This document shows positions 28,050 to 44,850 of a stretch of 64,000 nt of DNA, piece by piece. Source of the stretch: the human T2T-CHM13v2.0 reference genome, Homo sapiens; assembly GCF_009914755.1 (NCBI RefSeq), contig NC_060939.1; one strand, 5' to 3'. Made by a program: the position numbers and the translations under genes. Position 1 is the stretch's first letter, and every line of letters starts with the position of its first letter. The notes beneath the pieces were generated by a model, which saw nothing but the letters and a program-made list of their open reading frames with translations, made no database searches and was not told the DNA's origin.

Positions 28050-30199
28050 TTATATATGATATATGTTATATGTTATGTAATATGCTTTATATGTAATATA
28101 TAACCTCATATATATTATATGTCATAATATATAATAGTTATCCTGTGTCATATTATATATATTATATATTTCATAACATATATAATATATAATACATATT
28201 ATACATCTTATATATGAAAATATGTAATTAGAGATAAAATAACATATAGTTATATATAATATGATATATAACATATATACTATATCATATATGATATATA
28301 ATATATAATTTTTTATTGCATATTATAATTCATATATATTATAATTTATATAATGATATAATTATTTATATAATATAAATAATTATACATGATTATATAA
28401 TTATATATAATATAAATAATAATATATATAATTACATATTCATATCGTTATATATAATAATACATTTCATATGTATTTATATATATCATATAATAGACAA
28501 CACACCTAATATATAATATATAATATATATTATACAATATAGGATACAAAAGATGTATGATATATAAGATATCATAATATAATATATATTTTAACATTAT
28601 GTATGTAACATGTAATATGTGATATATAAAATAAATTATGTAATATAAAATAATATAATATAATATATACTATATTAAGGTATATTATGTAAAGTATGTA
28701 ATAAAATTATAAGTAACATAATATATAGTTATATATATTATCTTATGTATTTACATAGAGTATTATACAGTTATATATAATTTTATATTGTTATATATAA
28801 TTTAATATAAAACAAATATAATATACATCATAACATATATATTGTATACCATATATATATTATGTATCATATATTGTATGTTATATATTATATATTCTAT
28901 ATCATATATCATATATTATATGTTATATATATCACATTCCACATTTTGTATATTATAAATTATATACAATATATGACATATATTATATTATATATAATAA
29001 ATTATACATTATATGTAACATAGTATATATTATATGTAACATGTATATTCTATGTAAAATATATAATATATAACATATAACATATAATTAATAACATAGA
29101 CATATAATATATATTTAATATATGTACTATATATACAACGTATTATACATATACTATATAATATATATTATATATATGGCATAAAATATAATATATATTA
29201 TATGTCATATTTTATATATACAATTATATATTATTATATGTTATTTTATATTATGTATAACATAGATATAATATATATACCTATAATGTATATTACATAT
29301 TACGTAGATATTATATATAATATATATAATGTATATTATATATAACGTAGATATTATATATAATATATATAATGTATATTATATATTTAATACGTATATT
29401 AACCATATAATATATTCTATATATGATATATAATATATATTATATATGTCATAAAACATAATATATAATATATGTCATTGTATAAATATAATACTTATAT
29501 ATTATCAATTATTATATTACATTTAATATATATAATATAAGATGCAGGATGTGAGACAATATTATATATATGTTATTTATATTATATATATGATACTATA
29601 TATTATTGTATACATAATGTGTATATATATTTGTGGGTGCCCTATTTCCCATCTCATAACTTGTTTTAAGAAGCGCAGCATAATAATGTGTGGGCTTGGG
29701 ATTCAGTTTTTGAAACAAAACACTGAGCCTTCAATGACCTTTCGGTCTATGTAGAAGCGCTCCTGTCTTCGTGGCAGCAGTTGGACCTCACAATGTGGAT
29801 TGTGCCGTCACCCTGCAATGTTTATGCCCTATCGCCATGGTGACGGGATTAGGGATCTCCTGCTCTTGGTCCTAAAGGCCACTGTCTGTGCTGTGTTTTT
29901 CAAAGGTCAGCACAGAGTGAACCTTTGTGGTTTTATTTTCCCTGAGTTTGATTTTTCTCATGGGGAACCTGTGGTGCTGCTTTGAAGGTATATTCATACT
30001 GGCCTTTCAAATGCCAACTCTTCAAATTACTAGTTAATGCTTTCAAAGTATGTTATTTCAAAAATTATCCTCCGTATTTTCCATATGCAGTTATAAATAT
30101 GTTTCATGGTTATGTTTCATTCCTCAGTTTATATATTTGATTATTGTACCAAGCAGAGTACCTTTGAAATTTTTTTTCATCTAAAAAATATGTAAATTA

Positions 30200-30489
30200 G
30201 CTCAGGCCTGTAATCCCAGCAAATTTGGAGGCCAAGGCAAGGGGATCACAAGGTAAAGAGATCAAGACCATCCTGGCCAATACAGTGAAACGCTGTCACT
30301 ACGAAAAATCCAAAAAATTAGCTAGGCATTGTGGCAGCTGGTGTAGTCCCAGTGTGGTGTAGTCCAAGCTACCTGGGAGGCTGAGGGAGGGCAATCGCTT
30401 GAACCCGTGAGGCAGATGTTGCAGTGAGCAAATTTGGTGCCATTGTACTCCACCCTGTGCAACAGGACAACACTCTGTCTAAAAAAAAA
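30200..30489 (+). mobile_element. Alu copy in U13
   Basis: Near-identical to the Alu at 959-1248. Confidence 0.95.
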
Positions 30490-32632
30490 TTATATATGAT
30501 ATATGTTATATGTTATGTAATATGCTTTATATGTAATATATAACCTCATATATATTATATGTCATAATATATAATAGTTATCCTGTGTCATATTATATAT
30601 ATTATATATTTCATAACATATATAATATATAATACATATTATACATCTTATATATGAAAATATGTAATTAGAGATAAAATAACATATAGTTATATATAAT
30701 ATGATATATAACATATATACTATATCATATATGATATATAATATATAATTTTTTATTGCATATTATAATTCATATATATTATAATTTATATAATGATATA
30801 ATTATTTATATAATATAAATAATTATACATGCTTATATAATTATATATAATATAAATAATAATATATATAATTACATATTCATATCGTTATATATAATAA
30901 TACATTTCATATGTAATTATATATATCATATAATAGACAACACACCTAATATATAATATATAATATATATTATACAATATAGGATACAAAAGATGTATGA
31001 TATATAAGATATCATAATATAATATATATTTTAACATTATGTATGTAACATGTAATATGTGATATATAAAATAAATTATGTAATATAAAATAATATAATA
31101 TAATATATACTATATTAAGGTATATTATGTAAAGTATGTAATAAAATTATAAGTAACATAATATATAGTTATATATATTATCTTATGTATTTACATAGAG
31201 TATTATACAGTTATATATAATTTTAAATTGTTATATATAATTTAATATAAAACAAATATAATATACATCATAAAATATATATTGTATACCATATATATTA
31301 TGTATCGTATATTGTATGTTATATATCATATATTTTATATCATATATCATATATTATATGTTATATGTATCACATTCCACATTTTGTATATTATAAATTA
31401 TATACAATATATGACATATATTATATATAATAAATTATACATTATATGTAACATAGTATATATTATATGTAACATGTATATTCTATGTAAAATATATAAT
31501 ATATAACATATTACATATAATTAATAACATAGACATATAATATATATTTAATATATGTACTATATATACAACGTATTATACATACTCTATATAATATATA
31601 TTATATATATGGCATAAAATATAATATATATTATATGTCATATTTCATATATACAATTATATATTATTATATGTTATTTTATATTATATATAACATAGAT
31701 ATAATATATATACCTATAATGTATATTACATATAACGTAGATATTATATATAATATATATAATGTATATTATATATAACGTAGATATTATATATAATATA
31801 TATAATGTATATTATATATTTAATACGTATATTAACCATATAATATATTCTATATATGATATATAATATATATTATATATGTCATAAAATATAATATATA
31901 TTATATGTCATTGTATAAATATAATACTTATATATTATCAATTATTATATTACATTTAATATATATAATATAAGATGCAGGATGTGAAACAATATTATAT
32001 ATATGTTATTTATATTATATATATGATACTATATATTATTGTATACATAATGTGTATATATATTTGTGGGTGCCCTATTTCCCATCTCATAACTTGTTTT
32101 AAGAAGCGCAGCATAATAATGTGTGGGCTTGGGATTCAGTTTTTGAAACAAAACACTGAGCCTTCAATGACCTTTCGGTCTATGTAGAAGCGCTCCTGTC
32201 TTCGTGGCAGCAGTTGGACCTCACAATGTGGATTGTGCCGTCACCCTGCAATGTTTATGCCCTATCGCCATGGTGATGGGATTAGGGATCTCCTGCTCTT
32301 GGTCCTAAAGGCCACTGTCTGTGCTGTGTTTTTCAAAGGTCAGCACAGAGTGAACCTTTGTGGTTTTATTTTCCCTGAGTTTGATTTTTCTCATGGGGAA
32401 CCTGTGGTGCTGCTTTGAAGGTATATTCATACTGTCCTTTCAAATGCCAACTCTTCAAATTACTAGTTAATGCTTTCAAAGTATGTTATTTCAAAAATTA
32501 TCCTCTGTATTTTCCATATGCAGTTATAAATATGTTTCATGGTTATGTTTCATTCCTCAGTTTATATATTTGATTATTATACCACGCAGAGTACCTTTGA
32601 AATTTTTTTTCATCTAAAAAATATGTAAATTA

Positions 32633-32922
32633 GCTCAGGCCTGTAATCCCAGCAAATTTGGAGGCCAAGGCAAGGGGATCACAAGGTAAAGAGATCAAGA
32701 CCATCCTGGCCAATACAGTGAAAGGCTGTCACTACTAAAAATCCAAAAAATTAGCTAGGCATTGTGGCAGCTGGTGTAGTCCCAGTGTGGTGTAGTCCAA
32801 GCTACCTGGGAGGCTGAGGGAGGGCAATCGCTTGAACCCGTGAGGCAGATGTTGCAGTGAGCAAATTTGGTGCCATTGTACTCCACCCTGTGCAACAGGA
32901 CAACACTCTGTCTAAAAAAAAA
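32633..32922 (+). mobile_element. Alu copy in U14
   Basis: Near-identical to the Alu at 959-1248. Confidence 0.95.
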
Positions 32923-33029
32923 TTATATATGATATATGTTATATGTTATGTAATATGCTTTATATGTAATATATAACCTCATATATATTATATGTCATAA
33001 TATATAATATTTATCCTGTGTCATATTAT

Positions 33030-33113
33030 ATATATTATATATTTCATAACATATATAATATATAATACATATTATATATTTCATAACATATATAATATAT
33101 AATACATATTATA
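33030..33113. repeat. 37-bp tandem duplication in U14
   Basis: 'tttcataacatatataatatataatacatattata' starts at 33042 and again at 33079. Unit length is 2477 = 2440 + 37. Confidence 0.9.
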
Positions 33114-35108
33114 CATCTTATATATGAAAATATGTAATTAGAGATAAAATAACATATAGTTATATATAATATGATATATAACATATATACTATATCATAT
33201 ATGATATATAATATATAATTTTTTATTACATATCATAATTCATATATATTATAATTTATATAATGATATAATTATTTATATAATATAAATAATTATACAT
33301 AATTATATAATTATATATAATATAAATAATAATGTATATAATTTCATATTCTTATCGTTATATATAATAATACATTTCATATGTAATTATATATATCATA
33401 TAATAGACAACACACCTAATATATAATATATAATATATATTATACAATATAGGATACATAATATGTATGATATATAAGATATCATAATATAATATATATT
33501 TTAACATTATGTATGTAACATGTAATATGTGATATTTAAAATAAATTATGTAATATAAAATAATATAATATAATATATACTATATTAAGGTATATTATGT
33601 AAAGTATGTAATAAAATTATAAGTAACATAATATATAGTTATATATATTATCTTATGTATTTACATAGAGTATTATACAGTTATATATAATTTTAAATTG
33701 TTATATATAATTTAATATAAAACAAATATAATATACATCATAAAATATATATTGTATACCATATATATATTATGTATCATATATTGTATGTTATATATCA
33801 TATATTGTATATCATATATCATATATTATATGTTATATGTATCACATTCCACATTTTGTATATTATAAATTATATACAATATATGACATATATTATATTA
33901 TATATAATAAATTATACATTATATGTAACATAGTATATATTATATGTAACATGTATATTCTATGTAAAATATATAATATATAACATATTACATATAATTA
34001 ATAACATAGACATATAATATATATTTAATATATGTACTATATATACAACGTATTATACATATACTATATAATATATATTATATATATGGCATAAAATATA
34101 ATATATATTATATGTCATATTTTATATATACAATTATATATTATTATATGTTATTTTATATTATCTATAACATAGATATAATATATATACCTATAATGTA
34201 TATTACATATAACGTAGATATTATATATAATATATATAATGTATATTATATATAACGTAGATATTATATATAATATATATAATGTATATTATATATTTAA
34301 TACGTATATTAACCATATAATATATTCTATATATGATATATAATATATATTATATATGTCATAAAATATAATATATATTATATGTCATTGTATAAATATA
34401 ATACTTATATATTATCAATTATTATATTACATTTAATATATATAATATAAGATGCAGGATGTGAAACTATATTATATATATGTTATTTATATTATATATA
34501 TGATACTATATATTATTGTATACATAATGTGTATATATATTTGTGGGTGCCCTATTTCCCATCTCATAACTTGTTTTAAGAAGCGCAGCATAATAATGTG
34601 TGGGCTTGGGATTCAGTTTTTGAAACAAAACACTGAGCCTTCAATGACCTTTCGGTCTATGTAGAAGCGCTCCTGTCTTCGTGGCAGCAGTTGGACCTCA
34701 CAATGTGGATTGTGCCGTCACCCTGCAATGTTTATGCCCTATCGCCATGGTGACGGGATTAGGGATCTCCTGCTCTTGGTCCTAAAGGCCACTGTCTGTG
34801 CTGTGTTTTTCAAAGGTCAGCACAGAGTGAACCTTTGTGGTTTTATTTTCCCTGAGTTTGATTTTTCTCATGGGGAACCTGTGGTGCTGCTTTGAAGGTA
34901 TATTCATACTGGCCTTTCAAATGCCAACTCTTCAAATTACTAGTTAATGCTTTCAAAGTATGTTATTTCAAAAATTATCCTCCGTATTTTCCATATGCAG
35001 TTATAAATATGTTTCATGGTTATGTTTCATTCCTCAGTTTATATATTTGATTATTGTACCAAGCAGAGTACCTTTGAAATTTTTTTCATCTAAAAAATAT
35101 GTAAATTA

Positions 35109-35398
35109 GCTCAGGCCTGTAATCCCAGCAAATTTGGAGGCCAAGGCAAGGGGATCACAAGGTAAAGAGATCAAGACCATCCTGGCCAATACAGTGAAAC
35201 GCTGTCACTACTAAAAATCCAAAAAATTAGCTAGGCATTGTGGCAGCTGGTGTAGTCCCAGTGTGGTGTAGTCCAAGCTACCTGGGAGGCTGAGGGAGGG
35301 CAATCGCTTGAACCCGTGAGGCAGATGTTGCAGTGAGCAAATTTGGTGCCATTGTACTCCACCCTGTGCAACAGGACAACACTCTGTCTAAAAAAAAA
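35109..35398 (+). mobile_element. Alu copy in U15
   Basis: Near-identical to the Alu at 959-1248. Confidence 0.95.
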
Positions 35399-37541
35399 TT
35401 ATATATGATATATGTTATATGTTATGTAATATGCTTTATATGTAATATATAACCTCATATATATTATATGTCATAATATATAATAGTTATCCTGTGTCAT
35501 ATTATATATATTATATATTTCATAACATATATAATATATAATACATATTATACATCTTATATATGAAAATATGTAATTAGAGATAAAATAACATATAGTT
35601 ATATATAATATGATATATAACATATATACTATATCATATATGATATATAATATATAATTTTTTATTGCATATTATAATATATATATGTTATAATTTATAT
35701 AATGATATAATTATATATATAATATAAATAATTATACATGCTTATATAATTATATATAATATAAATAATAATATATATAATTACATATTCATATCGTTAT
35801 ATATAATAATACATTTCATATGTAATTATATATATCATATAATAGACAACACACCTAATATATAATATATAATATATATTATACAATATAGGATACAAAA
35901 GATGTATGATATATAAGATATCATAATATAATATATATTTTAACATTATGTATGTAACATGTAATATGTGATATATAAAATAAATTATGTAATATAAAAT
36001 AATATAATATAATATATACTATATTAAGGTATATTATGTAAAGTATGTAATAAAATTATAAGTAACATAATATATAGTTATATATATTATCTTATGTATT
36101 TACATAGAGTATTATACAGTTATATATAATTTTAAATTGTTATATATAATTTAATATAAAACAAATATAATATATATCATAACATATATATTGTATACCA
36201 TATATATATTATGTATCATATATTGTATGTTATATATTATATATTCTATATCATATATCATATATTATATGTTATATATATCACATTCCACATTTTGTAT
36301 ATTATAAATTATATGCAATATATGACATGTATTATATTATATATAATAAATTATACATTATATGTAACATAGTATATATTATATGTAACATGTATATTCT
36401 ATGTAAAATATATAATATATAACATATTACATATAATTAATAACATAGACATATAATATATATTTAACATATGTACTATATATACAACGTATTATACATA
36501 TACTATATAATATATATATGGCATAAAATATAATATATATTATATGTCATATTTTATATATACAATTATATATTATTATATGTTATTTTATATTATCTAT
36601 AACATAGATATAATATATATACCTATAATGTATATTACATATAACGTAGATATTATATATAATATATATAATGTATATTATATATAACGTAGATATTATA
36701 TATAATATATATAATGTATATTATATATTTAATACGTATATTAACCATATAATATATTCTATATATGATATATAATATATATTATATATGTCATAAAATA
36801 TAATATATATTATATGTCATTGTATAAATATAATACTTATATATTATCAATTATTATATTACATTTAATATATATAATATAAGATGCAGGATGTGAAACA
36901 ATATTATATATATGTTATTTATATTATATATATGATACTATATATTATTGTATACATAATGTGTATATATATTTGTGGGTGCCCTATTTCCCATCTCATA
37001 ACTTGTTTTAAGAAGCGCAGCATAATAATGTGTGGGCTTGGGATTCAGTTTTTGAAACAAAACACTGAGCCTTCAATGACCTTTCGGTCTATGTAGAAGC
37101 GCTCCTGTCTTCGTGGCAGCAGTTGGACCTCACAATGTGGATTGTGCCGTCACCCTGCAATGTTTATGCCCTATCGCCATGGTGACGGGATTAGGGATCT
37201 CCTGCTCTTGGTCCTAAAGGCCACTGTCTGTGCTGTGTTTTTCAAAGGTCAGCACAGAGTGAACCTTTGTGGTTTTATTTTCCCTGAGTTTGATTTTTCT
37301 CATGGGGAACCTGTGGTGCTGCTTTGAAGGTATATTCATACTGGCCTTTCAAATGCCAACTCTTCAAATTACTAGTTAATGCTTTCAAAGTATGTTATTT
37401 CAAAAATTATCCTCCGTATTTTCCATATGCAGTTATAAATATGTTTCATGGTTATGTTTCATTCCTCAGTTTATATATTTGATTATTGTACCAAGCAGAG
37501 TACCTTTGAAATTTTTTTTCATCTAAAAAATATGTAAATTA

Positions 37542-37831
37542 GCTCAGGCCTGTAATCCCAGCAAATTTGGAGGCCAAGGCAAGGGGATCACAAGGTAAAG
37601 AGATCAAGACCATCCTGGCCAATACAGTGAAACGCTGTCACTACTAAAAATCCAAAAAATTAGCTAGGCATTGTGGCAGCTGGTGTAGTCCCAGTGTGGT
37701 GTAGTCCAAGCTACCTGGGAGGCTGAGGGAGGGCAATCGCTTGAACCCGTGAGGCAGATGTTGCAGTGAGCAAATTTGGTGCCATTGTACTCCACCCTGT
37801 GCAACAGGACAACACTCTGTCTAAAAAAAAA
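37542..37831 (+). mobile_element. Alu copy in U16
   Basis: Near-identical to the Alu at 959-1248. Confidence 0.95.
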
Positions 37832-39981
37832 TTATATATGATATATGTTATATGTTATGTAATATGCTTTATATGTAATATATAACCTCATATATATTAT
37901 ATGTCATAATATATAATAGTTATCCTGTGTCATATTATATATATTATATATTTCATAACATATATAATATATAATACATATTATACATCTTATATATGAA
38001 AATATGTAATTAGAGATAAAATAACATATAGTTATATATAATATGATATATAACATATATACTATATCATATATGATATATAATATATAATTTTTTATTG
38101 CATATTATAATTCATATATATTATAATTTATATAATGATATAATTATTTATATAATATAAATAATTATACATGCTTATATAATTATATATAATATAAATA
38201 ATAATATATATAATTACATATTCATATCGTTATATATAATAATACATTTCATATGTAATTATATATATCATATAATAGACAACACACCTAATATATAATA
38301 TATAATATATATTATACAATACAGGATACAAAAGATGTATGATATATAAGATATCATAATATAATATATATTTTAACATTATGTATGTAACATGTAATAT
38401 GTGATATATAAAATAAATTATGTAATATAAAATAATATAATATAATATATACTATATTAAGGTATATTATGTAAAGTATGTAATAAAATTATAAGTAACA
38501 TAATATATAGTTATATATATTACCTTATGTATTTACATAGAGTATTATACAGTTATATATAATTTTAAATTGTTATATATAATTTAATATAAAACAAATA
38601 TAATATATATCATAACATATATATTGTATACCATATATATATTATGTATCATATATTGTATGTTATATATTATATATTCTATATCATATATCATATATTA
38701 TATGTTATATATATCACATTCCACATTTTGTATATTATAAATTATATACAATATATGACATGTATTATATTATATATAATAAATTATACATTATATGTAA
38801 CATAGTATATATTATATGTAACATGTATATTCTATGTAAAATATATAATATATAACATATTACATATAATTAATAACATAGACATATAATATATATTTAA
38901 CATATGTACTATATATACAACGTATTATACATATACTATATAATATATATTATATATATGGCATAAAATATAATATATATTATATGTCATATTTTATATA
39001 TACAATTATATATTATTATATGTTATTTTTTATTATCTATAACATAGATATAATATATATACCTATAATGTATATTACATATAACGTAGATATTATATAT
39101 AATATATATAATGTATATTATATATAACGTAGATATTATATATAATATATATAATGTATATTATATATTTAATACGTATATTAACCATATAATATATTCT
39201 ATATATGATATATAATATATATTATATATGTCATAAAATATAATATATATTATATGTCATTGTATAAATATAATACTTATATATTATCAATTATTATATT
39301 ACATTTAATATATATAATATAAGATGCAGGATGTGAAACAATATTATATATATGTTATTTATATTATATATATGATACTATATATTATTGTATACATAAT
39401 GTGTATATATATTTGTGGGTGCCCTATTTCCCATCTCATAACTTGTTTTAAGAAGCGCAGCATAATAATGTGTGGGCTTGGGATTCAGTTTTTGAAACAA
39501 AACACTGAGCCTTCAATGACCTTTCGGTCTATGTAGAAGCGCTCCTGTCTTCGTGGCAGCAGTTGGACCTCACAATGTGGATTGTGCCGTCACCCTGCAA
39601 TGTTTATGCCCTATCGCCATGGTGACGGGATTAGGGATCTCCTGCTCTTGGTCCTAAAGGCCACTGTCTGTGCTGTGTTTTTCAAAGGTCAGCACAGAGT
39701 GAACCTTTGTGGTTTTATTTTCCCTGAGTTTGATTTTTCTCATGGGGAACCTGTGGTGCTGCTTTGAAGGTATATTCATACTGGCCTTTCAAATGCCAAG
39801 TCTTCAAATTACTAGTTAATGCTTTCAAAGTATGTTATTTCAAAAATTATCCTCCGTATTTTCCATATGCAGTTATAAATATGTTTCATGGTTATGTTTC
39901 ATTCCTCAGTTTATATATTTGATTATTGTACCAAGCAGAGTACCTTTGAAATTTTTTTTCATCTAAAAAATATGTAAATTA

Positions 39982-40271
39982 GCTCAGGCCTGTAATCCCA
40001 GCAAATTTGGAGGCCAAGGCAAGGGGATCACAAGGTAAAGAGATCAAGACCATCCTGGCCAATACAGTGAAACGCTGTCACTACGAAAAATCCAAAAAAT
40101 TAGCTAGGCATTGTGGCAGCTGGTGTAGTCCCAGTGTGGTGTAGTCCAAGCTACCTGGGAGGCTGAGGGAGGGCAATCGCTTGAACCCGTGAGGCAGATG
40201 TTGCAGTGAGCAAATTTGGTGCCATTGTACTCCACCCTGTGCAACAGGACAACACTCTGTCTAAAAAAAAA
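39982..40271 (+). mobile_element. Alu copy in U17
   Basis: Near-identical to the Alu at 959-1248. Confidence 0.95.
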
Positions 40272-42414
40272 TTATATATGATATATGTTATATGTTATGT
40301 AATATGCTTTATATGTAATATATAACCTCATATATATTATATGTCATAATATATAATAGTTATCCTGTGTCATATTATATATATTATATATTTCATAACA
40401 TATATAATATATAATACATATTATACATCTTATATATGAAAATATGTAATTAGAGATAAAATAACATATAGTTATATATAATATGATATATAACATATAT
40501 ACTATATCATATATGATATATAATATATAATTTTTTATTGCATATTATAATTCATATATATTATAATTTATATAATGATATAATTATTTATATAATATAA
40601 ATAATTATACATGATTATATAATTATATATAATATAAATAATAATATATATAATTACATATTCATATCGTTATATATAATAATACATTTCATATGTAATT
40701 ATATATATCATATAATAGACAACACACCTAATATATAATATATAATATATATTATACAATATAGGATACAAAAGATGTATGATATATAAGATATCATAAT
40801 ATAATATATATTTTAACATTATGTATGTAACATGTAATATGTGATATATAAAATAAATTATGTAATATAAAATAATATAATATAATATATACTATATTAA
40901 GGTATATTATGTAAAGTATGTAATAAAATTATAAGTAACATAATATATAGTTATATATATTATCTTATGTATTTACATAGAGTATTATACAGTTATATAT
41001 AATTTTAAATTGTTATATATAATTTAATATAAAACAAATATAATATATATCATAACATATATATTGTATACCATATATATATTATGTATCATATATTGTA
41101 TGTTATATATTATATATTCTATATCATATATCATATATTATATGTTATATATATCACATTCCACATTTTGTATATTATAAATTATATACAATATATGACA
41201 TATATTATATTATATATAATAAATTATACATTATATGTAACATAGTATATATTATATGTAACATGTATATTCTATGTAAAATATATAATATATAACATAT
41301 TACATATAATTAATAACATAGACATATAATATATATTTAACATATGTACTATATATACAACGTATTATACATATACTATATAATATATATATGGCATAAA
41401 ATATAATATATATTATATGTCATATTTTATATATACAATTATATATTATTATATGTTATTTTATATTATCTATAACATAGATATAATATATATACCTATA
41501 ATGTATATTACATATAACGTAGATATTATATATAATATATATAATGTATATTATATATAACGTAGATATTATATATAATATATATAATGTATATTATATA
41601 TTTAATACGTATATTAACCATATAATATATTCTATATATGATATATAATATATATTATATATGTCATAAAATATAATATATATTATATGTCATTGTATAA
41701 ATATAATACTTATATATTATCAATTATTATATTACATTTAATATATATAATATAAGATGCAGGATGTGAAACAATATTATATATATGTTATTTATATTAT
41801 ATATATGATACTATATATTATTGTATACATAATGTGTATATATATTTGTGGGTGCCCTATTTCCCATCTCATAACTTGTTTTAAGAAGCGCAGCATAATA
41901 ATGTGTGGGCTTGGGATTCAGTTTTTGAAACAAAACACTGAGCCTTCAATGACCTTTCGGTCTATGTAGAAGCGCTCCTGTCTTCGTGGCAGCAGTTGGA
42001 CCTCACAATGTGGATTGTGCCGTCACCCTGCAATGTTTATGCCCTATCGCCATGGTGACGGGATTAGGGATCTCCTGCTCTTGGTCCTAAAGGCCACTGT
42101 CTGTGCTGTGTTTTTCAAAGGTCAGCACAGAGTGAACCTTTGTGGTTTTATTTTCCCTGAGTTTGATTTTTCTCATGGGGAACCTGTGGTGCTGCTTTGA
42201 AGGTATATTCATACTGGCCTTTCAAATGCCAACTCTTCAAATTACTAGTTAATGCTTTCAAAGTATGTTATTTCAAAAATTATCCTCCGTATTTTCCATA
42301 TGCAGTTATAAATATGTTTCATGGTTATGTTTCATTCCTCAGTTTATATATTTGATTATTGTACCAAGCAGAGTACCTTTGAAATTTTTTTTCATCTAAA
42401 AAATATGTAAATTA

Positions 42415-42704
42415 GCTCAGGCCTGTAATCCCAGCAAATTTGGAGGCCAAGGCAAGGGGATCACAAGGTAAAGAGATCAAGACCATCCTGGCCAATACAG
42501 TGAAACGCTGTCACTACTAAAAATCCAAAAAATTAGCTAGGCATTGTGGCAGCTGGTGTAGTCCCAGTGTGGTGTAGTCCAAGCTACCTGGGAGGCTGAG
42601 GGAGGGCAATCGCTTGAACCCGTGAGGCAGATGTTGCAGTGAGCAAATTTGGTGCCATTGTACTCCACCCTGTGCAACAGGACAACACTCTGTCTAAAAA
42701 AAAA
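42415..42704 (+). mobile_element. Alu copy in U18
   Basis: Near-identical to the Alu at 959-1248. Confidence 0.95.
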
Positions 42705-44850
42705 TTATATATGATATATGTTATATGTTATGTAATATGCTTTATATGTAATATATAACCTCATATATATTATATGTCATAATATATAATAGTTATCCTG
42801 TGTCATATTATATATATTATATATTTCATAACATATATAATATATAATACATATTATACATCTTATATATGAAAATATGTAATTAGAGATAAAATAACAT
42901 ATAGTTATATATAATATGATATATAACATATATACTATATCATATATGATATATAATATATTTTTATTACATATTATAATTCATATATATTATAATTTAT
43001 ATAATGATATAATTATTTATATAATATAAATAATTATACATAATTATATAATTATATATAATATAAATAATAATATATATAATTACATATTCATATCGTT
43101 ATATATAATAATACATTTCATATGTAATTATATATATCATATAATAGACAACACACCTAATATATAATATATAATATATATTATACAATATAGGATACAA
43201 AAGATGTATGATATATAAGATATCATAATATAATATATATTTTAACATTATGTATGTAACATGTAATATGTGATATATAAAATAAATTATGTAATATAAA
43301 ATAATATAATATAATATATACTATATTAAGGTATATTATGTAAAGTATGTAATAAAATTATAAGTAACATAATATATAGTTATATATATTATCTTATGTA
43401 TTTACATAGAGTATTATAGAGTTATATATAATTTTAAATTGTTATATATAATTTAATATAAAACAAATATAATATATATCATAACATATATATTGAATAC
43501 CATATATATATTATGTATCATGTATTGTATGTTATATACTATATATTCTATATCATATATCATATATTATATGTTATATATATCACATTCCACATTTTGT
43601 ATATTATAAATTATATACAATATATGACATATATTATATTATATATAATAAATTATACATTATATGTAACATAGTATATATTATATGTAACATGTATATT
43701 CTATGTAAAATATATAATATATAACATATTACATATAATTAATAACATAGACATATAATATATATTTAACATATGTACTATATATACAACGTATTATACA
43801 TATACTATATAATATATATTATATATATGGCATAAAATATAATATATATTATATGTCATATTTTATATATACAATTATATATTATTATATGTTATTTTAT
43901 ATTATCTATAACATAGATATAATATATATACCTATAATGTATATTACATATAACGTAGATATTATATATAATATATATAATGTATATTATATATAACGTA
44001 GATATTATATATAATATATATAATTTATATTATATATTTAATACGTATATTAACCATATAATATATTCTATATATGATATATAATATATATTATATATGT
44101 CATAAAATATAATATATATTATATGTCATTGTATAAATATAATACTTATATATTATCAATTATTATATTACATTTAATATATATAATATAAGATGCAGGA
44201 TGTGAAACAATATTATATATATGTTATTTATATTATATATATGATACTATATATTATTGTATACATAATGTGTATATATATTTGTGGGTGCCCTATTTCC
44301 CATCTCATAACTTGTTTTAAGAAGCGCAGCATAATAATGTGTGGGCTTGGGATTCAGTTTTTGAAACAAAACACTGAGCCTTCAATGACCTTTCGGTCTA
44401 TGTAGAAGCGCTCCTGTCTTCGTGGCAGCAGTTGGACCTCACAATGTGGATTGTGCCGTCACCCTGCAATGTTTATGCCCTATCGCCATGGTGACGGGAT
44501 TAGGGATCTCCTGCTCTTGGTCCTAAAGGCCACTGTCTGTGCTGTGTTTTTCAAAGGTCAGCACAGAGTGAACCTTTGTGGTTTTATTTTCCCTGAGTTT
44601 GATTTTTCTCATGGGGAACCTGTGGTGCTGCTTTGAAGGTATATTCATACTGGCCTTTCAAATGCCAACTCTTCAAATTACTAGTTAATGCTTTCAAAGT
44701 ATGTTATTTCAAAAATTATCCTCCGTATTTTCCATATGCAGTTATAAATATGTTTCATGGTTATGTTTCATTCCTCAGTTTATATATTTGATTATTGTAC
44801 CAAGCAGAGTACCTTTGAAATTTTTTTTCATCTAAAAAATATGTAAATTA

